Assembly (NCBI GenBank): GCA_965218435.1
Contig: CBDCKW010000009.1
Location: forward strand, 1,344,001 to 1,408,000
DNA: 64,000 bases
Source of the DNA: Truepera sp.
Lineage (GTDB): Bacteria; Deinococcota; Deinococci; Deinococcales; Trueperaceae
Reading direction: 5' to 3'
The number at the start of each line of letters is the position of its first letter. The stretch's first letter is position 1. The position numbers and the translations under genes are program-made. Of the stretch, positions 1 to 9,437 are shown piece after piece. A model generated the notes under the pieces. The model was not told the origin of the DNA, did not search any database, and worked only from the letters and a program-made list of their open reading frames with translations.

Positions 1-74
1 TCAGGTGGTGTGGGCGCGTCGGGGTAAGGTTCAGTTACAGATTCGGTCACGGGTTTAATGGCAGGTTGCGTCAC
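1..74 (-). CDS. 5' end of a CDS running off the window (MTQPAIKPVTESVTEPYPDAPTPP...)
   Basis: GTG at 74 preceded by AGAGGT; frame stays open to the window edge. Confidence 0.45.
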   Translation of the reverse strand, partial: MTQPAIKPVTESVTEPYPDAPTPP

Positions 75-87
75 ACCTCTAGTGTAG

Positions 88-585
88 CTAGTGCGGCTGT
101 GCCAATCGGTGTGTGACGAGTAGAAGCTGGGAGCGAAACGGTTGCGGCGGGGTAAAGTCGCGCTCGAGTAGTGTCACCAGAGGCTCGAGCCTCAAACCAA
201 ACTCAGCGCCGAGAGTGTCAATGTCATCGTCTTCACGAACTGCGACGACCGCACGCATGAAAGTTTTGCGGTTCAGGCTTGCTAAAACGCTGCAGGTCAG
301 AACGTAAGGCAAGTTAGACAAGATGACGTCGGCTGCTACCTCATCTAAAGCAACTAACGCGTCGCCTAAAATCACGTTTGCATTTGGAAAACGGACGCAT
401 AAGCTGTCGGCTAGTCCTTTGTCGAGTTCGACTAAAGTTAAGTCGCAAGGCGGGAGCACCGCTGCTACGGTGCCGCCGCCACTGCCCAGCTCGAGCACCC
501 GGTCGTCCGTCCTAATTTGCGCCGCCGCGACGAGCGCACTCAGCTTCTGCGGATTGGTTAAAAAGTACTGTTCCACTCGAGTCAA
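88..585 (-). CDS. Short SAM-dependent methyltransferase, KsgA/Erm-like catalytic domain only
   Basis: QYFL, VLELGSGGG, VELD, GDAL and ILSNLPY motifs; start may be the GTG near 576. Confidence 0.7.
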   Translation of the reverse strand: MTRVEQYFLTNPQKLSALVAAAQIRTDDRVLELGSGGGTVAAVLPPCDLTLVELDKGLADSLCVRFPNANVILGDALVALDEVAADVILSNLPYVLTCSVLASLNRKTFMRAVVAVREDDDIDTLGAEFGLRLEPLVTLLERDFTPPQPFRSQLLLVTHRLAQPH

Positions 586-615
586 AAAAACGCGTCGGCA
601 ACTGCCGACGCGTTT
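584..615 (-). terminator. Intrinsic terminator of the 633..1109 gene
   Basis: AAACGCGTCGGCA-ac-TGCCGACGCGTTT inverted repeat ending in a T7 run on the minus strand. Confidence 0.8.
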
Positions 616-632
616 GTACCGCCTGGTTTAGC

Positions 633-1109
633 TCAGCGTCCGCCGAGGAACTTTTTCGCGGCGAACGCGGCAAGTCCGGCCATCGCCATTTTGCCACCGG
701 TGCTGTTGAGGGGGCTGTTGCCGCCGAGCAAGCTGGTCAGCAGATCGGGGTCTTGTTGTGATGCTTTACGGGTCATCCGGCCGAGTTCACGGGGCGAGGC
801 GGCTTGATCTAAGTCTTGACCCTCGCGGTAACCCTGAAAGCTGCGGCTGCTGTCGTTGTTTGCCTGCTGGTAGTGCTCAGCAAGGGCGCGGCGCTCTTGG
901 GGAGAAAGTTTGCTAAACGCCTTTTCGTACTCGGACTCCATTTCAGGGTCGTCTTGCTCGCCCTGATGCTGCGCCATCTCACGGTAACGCCGCGCCGCCT
1001 CTTCGTCCGAGATAGAGTCGGGATTTTCCCGGTAACGCCGCTCGAAATCACGGTAGTCTTCTTTGCGGTTATCGTCCTGACCAAAAAACTCGTTAAGTTT
1101 GTCAAACAT
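633..1109 (-). CDS. Hypothetical hydrophilic protein (158 aa)
   Basis: Clean ORF with AGGAGG RBS and a downstream terminator. Confidence 0.75.
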   Translation of the reverse strand: MFDKLNEFFGQDDNRKEDYRDFERRYRENPDSISDEEAARRYREMAQHQGEQDDPEMESEYEKAFSKLSPQERRALAEHYQQANNDSSRSFQGYREGQDLDQAASPRELGRMTRKASQQDPDLLTSLLGGNSPLNSTGGKMAMAGLAAFAAKKFLGGR

Positions 1110-1255
1110 AGTCCAGCCTCCTTCTCTTTCGTGACGGAGCTTACCATCACTCTGTTTTGAAAATTAGGGTACAGCTTGCCATTGGAAGAGGTTACACGTT
1201 TAGCTAAATCTATACACGTCTGTTGTTAACCGTCACAAATGCTCGGCCACAAGCG

Positions 1256-2002
1256 TCAAGGTGCGCCAAAGCCGTATTCGCGCAGGATTTTTTGTCCTTT
1301 CTCCGAAAGCGTCAACGTCACAAACGCCTGGGCGAGCTCGAGCTGTGCGCCGCCCTGTAGCGCCGCAACCGGATAGGTGCCCACCACGTTAAAGGGGCTG
1401 GGAATCGGAACCGTTTTGACATTAAGGGCTGCCGCGTCGGTTTGATATACGATGGCGGCGTCCGCCTCACCGAGTTCGACCTTGAGCGCAACCTGCCGCA
1501 CGTTCGATTCTTCTGACACGAGGTTGCTTAAAACGCGCTGCGAAAAATTCGAGCCGTACCGAGTATCCATCTTCTCTAAGGCTTTACGTGCGTATTTGCC
1601 GACCGGCACTTCGGGCGCGGCGAGCACCAGTAACACGCCGGGTTGAGCGAGGTCTTGGAGGCGTTTGACGGGGCTATTCTGAGGCGTGATGACGCTCAAG
1701 CGGTTCGTTGCAAAGATTTTGGGCTGATCTGCGGCAAGTCCTGCGTCTACCACGACTTGCATCTGATCTTCGTCGGCGCTGGCAAACACGTCGGCGGGTG
1801 CGCCCTGCGTAATCTGCGTGGCGAGAGTCGCTGAGCCGTCAAAACTGAGTTGTATATTGACGCCGCTGTGCTCGGCTTCAAACACCGTAGCCAGCTCTTC
1901 AAACGCTTCGGTGAGGCTCGAGGCCGCAAACACCGTCAAGGTCTGAGCGGTAGCGAATGGGCTTGTCAGCAGTACGGTAAGCGCGAATAAAACGTATTTC
2001 AA
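1256..2002 (-). CDS. modA: Molybdate ABC transporter substrate-binding protein
   Basis: Signal peptide, VFAASSLTEAF, GAPADVFASA, VPVGKYA and GEADAAIVY motifs. Confidence 0.9.
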   Translation of the reverse strand: MKYVLFALTVLLTSPFATAQTLTVFAASSLTEAFEELATVFEAEHSGVNIQLSFDGSATLATQITQGAPADVFASADEDQMQVVVDAGLAADQPKIFATNRLSVITPQNSPVKRLQDLAQPGVLLVLAAPEVPVGKYARKALEKMDTRYGSNFSQRVLSNLVSEESNVRQVALKVELGEADAAIVYQTDAAALNVKTVPIPSPFNVVGTYPVAALQGGAQLELAQAFVTLTLSEKGQKILREYGFGAP

Positions 2003-2232
2003 AGGTCTCCTAAAGTAGCTTGCTCTGCGGGATGTGGTAAACCACGAATGGGGCTCGAGCCGACCTCTTTTTACAAAACCATGTTACGGCGAATGTGATG
2101 TTATCAGCAGATGCGTAGCAGTAAGCTGAACCAAAGAAGATTGCAAAGCTTGTCTTGAACGCAAAAACGCTGCTCAGACAGTTTAGGTTAATGGTTTAGG
2201 TTATTCGACCCGGAGCACTTAGACAAAGTTCC

Positions 2233-2934
2233 TCAACTACGCTTCGCCTCACCGAGCCGCGTTTCAAAAAACGTAAGCGTCCGCCGCCACGCATCTGCCG
2301 CCGCCGCCGCGTCATACGCGCCCCCCTGATCGTTAAAAAACGAGTGCTTCGCACCCTCGTAAACTTTGATGTCGTGTGGGACGTTGTACGTCCCTAGTTT
2401 CGCCGCCAACTTCTCACCCTGAGCTTTGGTAAAGTCTTTTTCCGGATACGATCCAACGACCGGGCAACTGCGTTTCACCGCCTCTAACGGACGCGGATTC
2501 ATCCCGTAAAAGGGCGCGATAGCTCCTAAACGCTCGTCGGTACACGCCCACGCAATCGCCAGACCGCCGCCCATACAAAACCCGGTGGCTCCCAACCGCT
2601 CGGCGTCAACCTCGGGCTGCTCGGCCAAAAAACTCAGCGCAGCCTTGAGGTCATCAATCCCCACGTGGTCTAGGGAATGTAAGAGCATGCCGTTCATAAG
2701 ACGCGCCATACAGAGCGCCCGGTTGCCGTGGCCGTAAAGGTCAACGGCTAGAGCGGCGTACCCGACCTCGGCAAAACGCTCGGCGACGCTGCGAATAGCG
2801 TCGTTCAACCCAAAAATCTCGTGAATGACGACGACGGCGGGAAACGGCCCGCTGCCCTCCGGACGGGCGTAAAAAGCAGGCAGCGTCTGCTTGCCGGACG
2901 GAAACGAAAGCTCATATGAAGAAATACGGGTCAT
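2233..2934 (-). CDS. Dienelactone hydrolase family protein
   Basis: HEIFGLN, GFCMGG and AKHSFFN motifs; ATG 2934 lies 5 nt after TAGAAT. Confidence 0.9.
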   Translation of the reverse strand: MTRISSYELSFPSGKQTLPAFYARPEGSGPFPAVVVIHEIFGLNDAIRSVAERFAEVGYAALAVDLYGHGNRALCMARLMNGMLLHSLDHVGIDDLKAALSFLAEQPEVDAERLGATGFCMGGGLAIAWACTDERLGAIAPFYGMNPRPLEAVKRSCPVVGSYPEKDFTKAQGEKLAAKLGTYNVPHDIKVYEGAKHSFFNDQGGAYDAAAAADAWRRTLTFFETRLGEAKRS

Positions 2935-3106
2935 GTCCGATTCTAGCCTTTCAGCCCGCCCGTAGTAGAGATATAGCACTTAAGCCTTCAGAGGCTACCG
3001 CAGTCACTTCAAAGCGTGCGTGTCGGTCGGCTTAACTCAAAGTGGTTGCGTCTGTTCCCAGCTGATACTTGCTGTACCGGCTGTCCTTACGGCTTAAACT
3101 TGAAGT

Positions 3107-3664
3107 ATGAAAATCTATACCCGCACCGGGGACGAGGGCACGACCGCACTTTACGGCGGCGAACGTGTCCCTAAAGATACGGCCCGCGTCGAGGCGTACG
3201 GCACGGTAGACGAAGCGAACGCGCTCTTGGGCGTAGCCCGCACGCAACTTGGTAATCTAGGATTCGATGCTTTACTGGCCGAGTTGCAGAGCGCGTTATT
3301 TGATGTGGGCGCAGATTTAGCCGCGCCTGAGTCCCGTTACCGCGAGAACATCGTTCCGGTAACTGAAAAAGATGTGCTGAGGCTCGAGACCCACATTGAC
3401 CGGCTCGAGGCCGACCTGCCCGAACTCCGCGCCTTTATCTTGCCCGGTGGTCACCCGGCGGCGGCGAGCCTTCACTACGCCCGCACCGTCGTGCGCCGCG
3501 CCGAACGCCGCACCGCCACACTCTCCCACACCGAGGCGATCAACCCGCAAGTCGCGGTGTACCTCAACCGACTCTCGGACTTGCTCTTCGTTTTGGCAAG
3601 AGCCGTCAACGCTGCGGCGGGGATTCAAGACCCCGAATGGCAGGCAAGGAAGCCTACCAAATAA
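3107..3664 (+). CDS. pduO: ATP:cob(I)alamin adenosyltransferase (PduO type)
   Basis: MKIYTRTGDEGTT, AYGTVDEAN, RRAER and YLNRLSDLLF motifs. Confidence 0.93.
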   Translation: MKIYTRTGDEGTTALYGGERVPKDTARVEAYGTVDEANALLGVARTQLGNLGFDALLAELQSALFDVGADLAAPESRYRENIVPVTEKDVLRLETHIDRLEADLPELRAFILPGGHPAAASLHYARTVVRRAERRTATLSHTEAINPQVAVYLNRLSDLLFVLARAVNAAAGIQDPEWQARKPTK

Positions 3665-4440
3665 TGCGAATCGTCTCACTCGCGTGCTCAAACACCGAAA
3701 TCGTCTGTGCGCTGGGCTCTGCCGAGCTGCTCGTCGGGGTAGATAACCACTCGGATTTTCCGCTTGAGGTCGTCGCCGAGCTGCCGCGCGTCGGCCCGGA
3801 TTTAGGGATTGACGTGGAAGCCGTAGCAGCTTTAGAGCCCGACCTGGTGCTGGCCTCACTGACCGTGCCGGGGCACGAAAAGGTCGTTGAAGACTTGGCG
3901 GCGGCGGGGCTCGAGACGTTGGTGCTCGAGCCCGTTTCTCTAAACGACGTGTACGCCAACATCCGCGAAATCGCTCACGCGCTCGGCGTCGCTGAACGCG
4001 GTGAAGCCCTTGTTAGGGAGATGCAAGCTGAGCTGATTGATAGGGGGACCGCTTCAAAAAAACCTAGCATTATCGTGCAGTGGTGGAACCGCCCGACCAT
4101 CGCACCGGGGGCGCTCAGCTGGGTGACCGACCTCTTAGAGCTGGTCGGCGCAGAAAATCCCATCGGTAGGGAGCGGGTAAAAAGCCGCCCTATTAGCGAC
4201 GACGAACTCGCCTTTCTCAACCCGGACGCCATCGTCGTGTCGTGGTGCGGCGTCAAACCGGAGAAAGTCCGGCCTGAAGTCGCCATGCGGAACCCGGCTT
4301 GGCAACATGTCGAGGCCGTAAAAAGGGGCCAGATCTACGCGGTGCCGGAAGCCTACTTAGGACGTCCGGGGCCACGTTTGATTTACGGTTACCGGGCGCT
4401 CGCTGAAATCGTGCAGAAGACCGAAGGGGAGCGCGTATGA
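3664..4440 (+). CDS. Cobalamin/Fe-siderophore-binding (BtuF-like) protein, no signal peptide
   Basis: MRIVSLACSNTEIVCALG, VGVD, PDLVLA and RPGPR motifs; TAATG coupling to pduO. Confidence 0.8.
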   Translation: MRIVSLACSNTEIVCALGSAELLVGVDNHSDFPLEVVAELPRVGPDLGIDVEAVAALEPDLVLASLTVPGHEKVVEDLAAAGLETLVLEPVSLNDVYANIREIAHALGVAERGEALVREMQAELIDRGTASKKPSIIVQWWNRPTIAPGALSWVTDLLELVGAENPIGRERVKSRPISDDELAFLNPDAIVVSWCGVKPEKVRPEVAMRNPAWQHVEAVKRGQIYAVPEAYLGRPGPRLIYGYRALAEIVQKTEGERV

Positions 4441-5351
4441 AGATCGTCAGTTTACTGCCCAGCTCGAGCGAAATTTTAGGGGCGCTCGGACTACTGGAGC
4501 AGGTTGTTGCTGTATCGCACGAGTGTGATTTTCCGGCGGAAGTGACGGCGAAACCCCGCATCACGAGTAGCATCATCCCGCACGGTCTCGAGCCGCAAGA
4601 GATTGACGCAGCTGTCGTAGAAGCGGTGCGTTCAGGGCAGGCGCTCTACCAGATTGACGGCGACCTGCTCGCAGAGTTGCGCCCTGACCTTATCGTCACG
4701 CAAGGCATCTGCGACGTGTGCGCAGTCGGGGCCGGGACGGTCGCGGAGACGCTTAAGTTTTTGCCCGACTGCCTGCCGCCGGGAGCAAAAACGCTCACCC
4801 TTTCAGGAACGACAGTCGCTGGGATTTTTAGAGATATTCAGCTGGTCGCTCGGGCCGCTGGGGTGCCGGAGCGGGGAGACGCGCTGGTGAGGGCGCTGCA
4901 GACGCGCTGGCGAGAACTGCAAAAGCCCTTGCCGGTGAAGCCCAGAGTGCTGGTGCTCGAGTGGAGCGACCCGCCTTTTTCTGCCGGGCACTGGGTCCCG
5001 GAGATGGTCGCAGCCGCTGGGGGTACTGACGTGTTAGGTCAGCCTGGAGCCGTGTCGCGCCGGGTCTCGTGGGCAGACATCTTGGAAACCGACCCCGATA
5101 TAGTTTTGCTCGCCGCGTGTGGGTACGGGCTTGAGCAAAACGCCGCCTTTGCCGAAGAGCTTTACACGCACCCGGAAGCGCGACAACTCTGCGCGTTTAA
5201 GACCGGGCAAGTTTACGCGGTGGACGCGAACGCGTACTTCAGCCGTCCGGGGCCACGGGTGGTGAGGGGAGCCGAGTTGTTACAGGGCCTTTTTTACGGC
5301 GAGCCGTCGCCGGAAACCTTGCGGGTTGTTCCTGCGATGATTAATCAGTGA
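4437..5351 (+). CDS. Cobalamin-binding (BtuF-like) protein, no signal peptide
   Basis: MKIVSLLPSSSEI, SHECDFP, TQGICDVCAV, AGHWVPEM and FSRPGPR motifs; ATGA overlap. Confidence 0.82.
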   Translation: MKIVSLLPSSSEILGALGLLEQVVAVSHECDFPAEVTAKPRITSSIIPHGLEPQEIDAAVVEAVRSGQALYQIDGDLLAELRPDLIVTQGICDVCAVGAGTVAETLKFLPDCLPPGAKTLTLSGTTVAGIFRDIQLVARAAGVPERGDALVRALQTRWRELQKPLPVKPRVLVLEWSDPPFSAGHWVPEMVAAAGGTDVLGQPGAVSRRVSWADILETDPDIVLLAACGYGLEQNAAFAEELYTHPEARQLCAFKTGQVYAVDANAYFSRPGPRVVRGAELLQGLFYGEPSPETLRVVPAMINQ

Positions 5352-5778
5352 CTTTGGACGAAATCCCTAGCTTTTTAAGGAAGTACGTTGTATGACCTTC
5401 GGGGTAGTCCCCCAACTGCCCAAAAACCTCGTAGTTGTGTTTCTGATAAAAACCCAAAGCCTGCCAGCTGCCGGTACGAACGTAGCTATTTGAAAACCCC
5501 TTGGTTGCGGCAGCGTGTTCAACTGCTCCAAGTAACTGGCTGCCAAGTCCTCTACGCTGCTCCGCTGCCTCAACCCATAACAGCTCAACCTCGAGCCAGT
5601 CCCACTGCGCCGTACCGGAGACGCCGCCGATAAGCTTGCCGTCTCTTCGGGCGAATACGGCAAGATGGTGACACGCCCAACCGCCGACTTGAGACAGGTT
5701 GAACTGCTCGAGTCCATCATCTATCTCGTCAATTAAGCTACGCGTTGGTTCAAAGACGGTCTCGAGTTCTACGCTCAT
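5341..5778 (-). CDS. GNAT family N-acetyltransferase
   Basis: LWV..QRRGLGSQLL and ALGFYQK motifs. Confidence 0.88.
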   Translation of the reverse strand: MSVELETVFEPTRSLIDEIDDGLEQFNLSQVGGWACHHLAVFARRDGKLIGGVSGTAQWDWLEVELLWVEAAEQRRGLGSQLLGAVEHAAATKGFSNSYVRTGSWQALGFYQKHNYEVFGQLGDYPEGHTTYFLKKLGISSKVTD

Positions 5779-5884
5779 ACCGTTATTTTACGGTGCTTGG
5801 TTCGTCTACGTTGAGATAGTCCTTATGTCGGACAAAGTTGCGCCGCACTGCGAGTGCTTCGTCATCCCTAAATTTTAACTTGGT

Positions 5885-6385
5885 CTACTCTAAACGAGCC
5901 TTTCCAGTTGAGCTCATGCCTTTAAGTTTTTCGGTCTCTTCTTGCATCAGCTTTGGAAGTTTGGAAAACAGGTCGTGGATAACCGTCAGTTCTTCGTCGC
6001 TGTAGCTCTCGAGCAACTCGGTCATCCTTCGGCCTAGCGATTGAAACACCTCGGCGATTTCGTTATATTTCTCTATTTTTGCCTCAACCATAACTTTTCT
6101 GCGGTCGTTCGGGTCGGCTTTACGGCTGAGGAATCCGGCTTTCTCAAGCCTATCCACCATGCCGGTCATCGCACCCGAGGTAAGCCCGGTCAGCTCGGCG
6201 AGTTGTCCGGCAGGCATCGCACCGTGGCGGCTTAACAGATCGAGCGCCTTATGCTCAGTTACAGACAGACCTAATTTTTCCGCTACTGCCGAATGAAACA
6301 TCACGGTGCGGGCGCTGAGTTCCCGGCCCAAGTAAAAGCTGAGCTGCTCGAGCTGCTTCCTTTTATCATCTACACTTGACATCAT
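5885..6385 (-). CDS. MarR family transcriptional regulator
   Basis: GQLAELTGLTSGAMTGMVDRLEKAG and DPNDRR motifs. Confidence 0.9.
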   Translation of the reverse strand: MMSSVDDKRKQLEQLSFYLGRELSARTVMFHSAVAEKLGLSVTEHKALDLLSRHGAMPAGQLAELTGLTSGAMTGMVDRLEKAGFLSRKADPNDRRKVMVEAKIEKYNEIAEVFQSLGRRMTELLESYSDEELTVIHDLFSKLPKLMQEETEKLKGMSSTGKARLE

Positions 6386-6397
6386 CCCTCAATTACC

Positions 6398-6456
6398 TTA
6401 GTATCTAAAAAGTTTAGTGGTTAAGATACTTTTCTACTAAACTTATTGGCTAGTTT
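6398..6456. promoter_or_regulatory. Probable MarR operators in a divergent promoter region
   Basis: AT-rich TTAG-N3-CTAA-like units at ~15 bp spacing; inverted repeats AAGTTTAGT/ACTAAACTT and AGTATCT/AGATACT. Confidence 0.55.
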
Positions 6457-6473
6457 AACATACTGGAGGAGAG

Positions 6474-6998
6474 ATGGAAAACGTGGCTGAGCAGCGTCCG
6501 GAGATAGCGGCGCAACGTGACCTCGAGGCGTTACACACACTTCAGCAAGAGTTGTTCGGGGCGTGGGCCGCAGGCAACGCGGACGCTTACGCCGACGTGT
6601 TCACCGAAGATGCGGACTACATTGCCTTCGACGGGGCGAACCAGAAGGGGCGCGTGGCCATCGCCGAGGGGCACCGTCCGCTTTTTGAACGGTGGCTTAA
6701 GGACTCGCGGCTGGTCGGAGACACCTTGAGTATCCGCTTTCTCGCACCTGAGGTTGCCCTGCTACACGCGCGCGGGGATACGGTGCTGGCGGGTAAAGCG
6801 GTGCCCGAGCCGGGGCGGAAATCGGTACAAACGCTGGTCGCCGTGAAACAGCAGGGGCACTGGCGGTTTGCCGCATTTCACAACACCCGGCTTCGGCCTA
6901 TCCAACCGGGTTTCGGTGGGATTATCGCCTGGAAACTAGCTGATCTGTCGTGGCGGGTCTTTGGGCCGAAGCCGGTTGAGGCAGGCCACTTAAAATGA
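6474..6998 (+). CDS. SgcJ/EcaC family (SnoaL/NTF2-like, DUF4440) protein
   Basis: AWAAGNADAYADVFTEDADYIAFDG and WRFAAFHNT motifs. Confidence 0.8.
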   Translation: MENVAEQRPEIAAQRDLEALHTLQQELFGAWAAGNADAYADVFTEDADYIAFDGANQKGRVAIAEGHRPLFERWLKDSRLVGDTLSIRFLAPEVALLHARGDTVLAGKAVPEPGRKSVQTLVAVKQQGHWRFAAFHNTRLRPIQPGFGGIIAWKLADLSWRVFGPKPVEAGHLK

Positions 6999-8197
6999 AC
7001 CCGAAACCTTACCCGCGTGTCGTCATCGTCGGTTGCGGTTTTGCGGGAACCGCTTTGGCCCTGTTTCTCAAGCGTGCAGGTATCTGCGCTGAAATCTACG
7101 AGGCGCGACAAGAGACCGAGTTGGACGCGGGCGCGTTTTTATATCTCGCGCCAAACGGTGTGAACGTGCTCAAGGCGTTAGGGCTCGAGACCGCCGTAAA
7201 AGAAGCAGGATACGCGACTACCGGCATTCGCCTTTACAACCGGCGTGGCCGAGCGATCGGAGAAATAGACAACCGTCTGGACGAAGCGCGGTTTGGGGCC
7301 GCAGGACACGTCATCAAACGCCGCGCTATCTTTAAGCTCCTCCAAGATGAGGTCACAAGGCAAGGCGTTCCCGTTCATTTTGACAAGCCGGTCACGGACA
7401 TCAAGGTTCACGGAGAAAAACTTACGGTCTTCTTTCGAGAAGGTGAAACCAAGACAGGCGATTTGCTTATCGGCGCGGACGGCGTGAATTCCACGACCCG
7501 CCGACTTATCTTTCCTGGCGCGCCCAGCCCCAGCTATCTCGGCCTCATCGACACCGGCGGGTTTACTACCTTGCCCGAGCTTACACAGCTTTCTGGCCCG
7601 CAACATATGGTTTTTGGCAAAAAGGCGTTTTTTGGTTATACCGTGAAGCCTGATGGGGAAGTCTACTGGTTTAGCAATGTGCCCTGGGCACAAGAACCTA
7701 GTCGAGAAGACCTCAGCGCCATTTTACCTGATGTTTGGAAAGCACGCTTGCTCGAGCTTCACGCCCAAGACCCCGATCCGGTGACCCGGATGATTCAGGC
7801 GACGCCCGCCCGGACGATCGGCAAATGGGTTTCGAGGGATCTGCCCGTCCTATCTGATTGGCACACAAATCATGTTTGCCTCTTGGGAGACGCCGCCCAT
7901 GCGCTTCCGCCAACGTCGGGTCAAGGGGCTTCAGTAGCACTCGAGGATGCCGCCATGCTTGCTAAATGCTTGAGAGATTTGGACGCTCGGGCGGCCTTCA
8001 AAACGTTTCAAGGCTTGCGTAAAAAACGTATTGAACGCATGGCGCAACATGCGAGGCAAACAAGTGATGGAAAAATTCCCAACGTTGTAGTTGGACTTAT
8101 AAGAGATTTACTTTTACCTACTTTGATTAAAGCTGGCGGAAAGGCTCAGAGAGAAGCTTATGGTTACACGGTTGATTGGGCTAAGCAGCTGGGCTGA
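6995..8197 (+). CDS. FAD-dependent monooxygenase
   Basis: GCGFAG, LIGADG, LLGDAAH and GQGAS.ALEDA motifs. Confidence 0.88.
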   Translation: MNPKPYPRVVIVGCGFAGTALALFLKRAGICAEIYEARQETELDAGAFLYLAPNGVNVLKALGLETAVKEAGYATTGIRLYNRRGRAIGEIDNRLDEARFGAAGHVIKRRAIFKLLQDEVTRQGVPVHFDKPVTDIKVHGEKLTVFFREGETKTGDLLIGADGVNSTTRRLIFPGAPSPSYLGLIDTGGFTTLPELTQLSGPQHMVFGKKAFFGYTVKPDGEVYWFSNVPWAQEPSREDLSAILPDVWKARLLELHAQDPDPVTRMIQATPARTIGKWVSRDLPVLSDWHTNHVCLLGDAAHALPPTSGQGASVALEDAAMLAKCLRDLDARAAFKTFQGLRKKRIERMAQHARQTSDGKIPNVVVGLIRDLLLPTLIKAGGKAQREAYGYTVDWAKQLG

Positions 8198-8217
8198 AAC
8201 ATCAGCAAAACCTCGGT

Positions 8218-9294
8218 TTATGGGTGTGATGAAGCTGTCGTGCTGAGGTCGGCTAAGGTTGCGCCGCGCTGCTCGAGCCTCGCCAGCAGCCCCCGGTTCA
8301 GCCGCCGGAGCAGAAACGGCCCCTCGTAAACGAAACTCGTGTAGAGCTGCACGAGTACGGCCCCAGCCTCTAAACGGGCCAAAACGTCGTCTACATCCGT
8401 GACGCCGCCGATAGACACGAGCGGTAAGCCTGTTTCCAAACTCGTTAAAAAGCGTAATACCGCCAAAGACCGTGCTTTAAGCGGTCGTCCTGAGAGCCCC
8501 CCGGTTTCGTCAAGGGATGTGCTCAAGCCTTGCCGTAAAACCGTCGTATTCGTTGCGACCAAACCGGACAGCTCATGCTGCACGGCAAGTTCGGCGATGT
8601 CGGCGAGTTCGTGGTCACTCAGGTCGGGCGCAACTTTGAGGAGCACAGGTTTCGCTGGGTGAGAAGCCCTAAAAGTTTGAATCGCTCCTAAGAGTTCAGT
8701 CAACCGTTCCCGCTCCTGCAACGCCCGCAGCCCCGGCGTATTGGGTGACGAAACGTTGATAACGAAGTAGTCGGCGTACGGCCAAAGCTGACGGAGTGAC
8801 GCCAGATAATCCTCCGGCGCGTCCTCTAACAGGGTGATCTTCGACTTGCCGACGTTGACGCCTAGCGGGACCGGTAATGGCCCCTCTTGTCTTAGGGTTT
8901 GCAACCGTAAAGCTACCGCCGCCGCCCCTTCGTTGTTAAAGCCCAGCCGGTTGACGAGGGCTGCGTCATCCGGCAATCTAAAAAGCCGGGGTTTCGGGTT
9001 GCCGGGTTGCGCGTGCGCGGTGACGCTCCCGACCTCGACGAAGCCGAAGCCGAGCGCGGCCCACGTCGGGATGGCGACAGCGTTTTTATCAAACCCGGCG
9101 GCGAGACCTACCGGATTGGGGAAGGTCAGGCCGAACGCGCGGGTCTCGAGGCGTGCGTCTCTTACGCTGCACGCCGCACTGACAAGCCGCAGTGCGCCGG
9201 GGTGCTCAGCCGCCCACGAGAGCCCCTGTATGACGCGTTCGTGAATACGCTCCGGGTCACGCCGAAAGAGCAGAGGTTTGAGCCGCCGGTACAT
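8218..9294 (-). CDS. pyrD: Quinone-dependent dihydroorotate dehydrogenase
   Basis: NPVGLAAGFDKN, NVSSPNTPGLR, KVAPD and GGLSG motifs. Confidence 0.95.
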   Translation of the reverse strand: MYRRLKPLLFRRDPERIHERVIQGLSWAAEHPGALRLVSAACSVRDARLETRAFGLTFPNPVGLAAGFDKNAVAIPTWAALGFGFVEVGSVTAHAQPGNPKPRLFRLPDDAALVNRLGFNNEGAAAVALRLQTLRQEGPLPVPLGVNVGKSKITLLEDAPEDYLASLRQLWPYADYFVINVSSPNTPGLRALQERERLTELLGAIQTFRASHPAKPVLLKVAPDLSDHELADIAELAVQHELSGLVATNTTVLRQGLSTSLDETGGLSGRPLKARSLAVLRFLTSLETGLPLVSIGGVTDVDDVLARLEAGAVLVQLYTSFVYEGPFLLRRLNRGLLARLEQRGATLADLSTTASSHP

Positions 9295-9437
9295 AGCTCG
9301 ATTAAACCACTGCTTGCTTAGCTCACGCTTGACCTAACCACTGAGCAGTTCAACCTTTTCGTAAACTGAAGGTTCGAGGACGAAATGATGACCAAACGGT
9401 AAGTGCTCGAGCCTGTTTGGGGCTGGAACAAGCTAAG

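Noticed and set aside
2003..2110. Moco/Wco riboswitch or ModE box upstream of the orphan modA
   Set aside because: Only short hairpins and an ATGTTA direct repeat; I could not match the Moco motif or the ModE palindrome
2980..3106. Cobalamin riboswitch before pduO
   Set aside because: Short spacer with a leaderless-type promoter; no B12-box-like sequence seen
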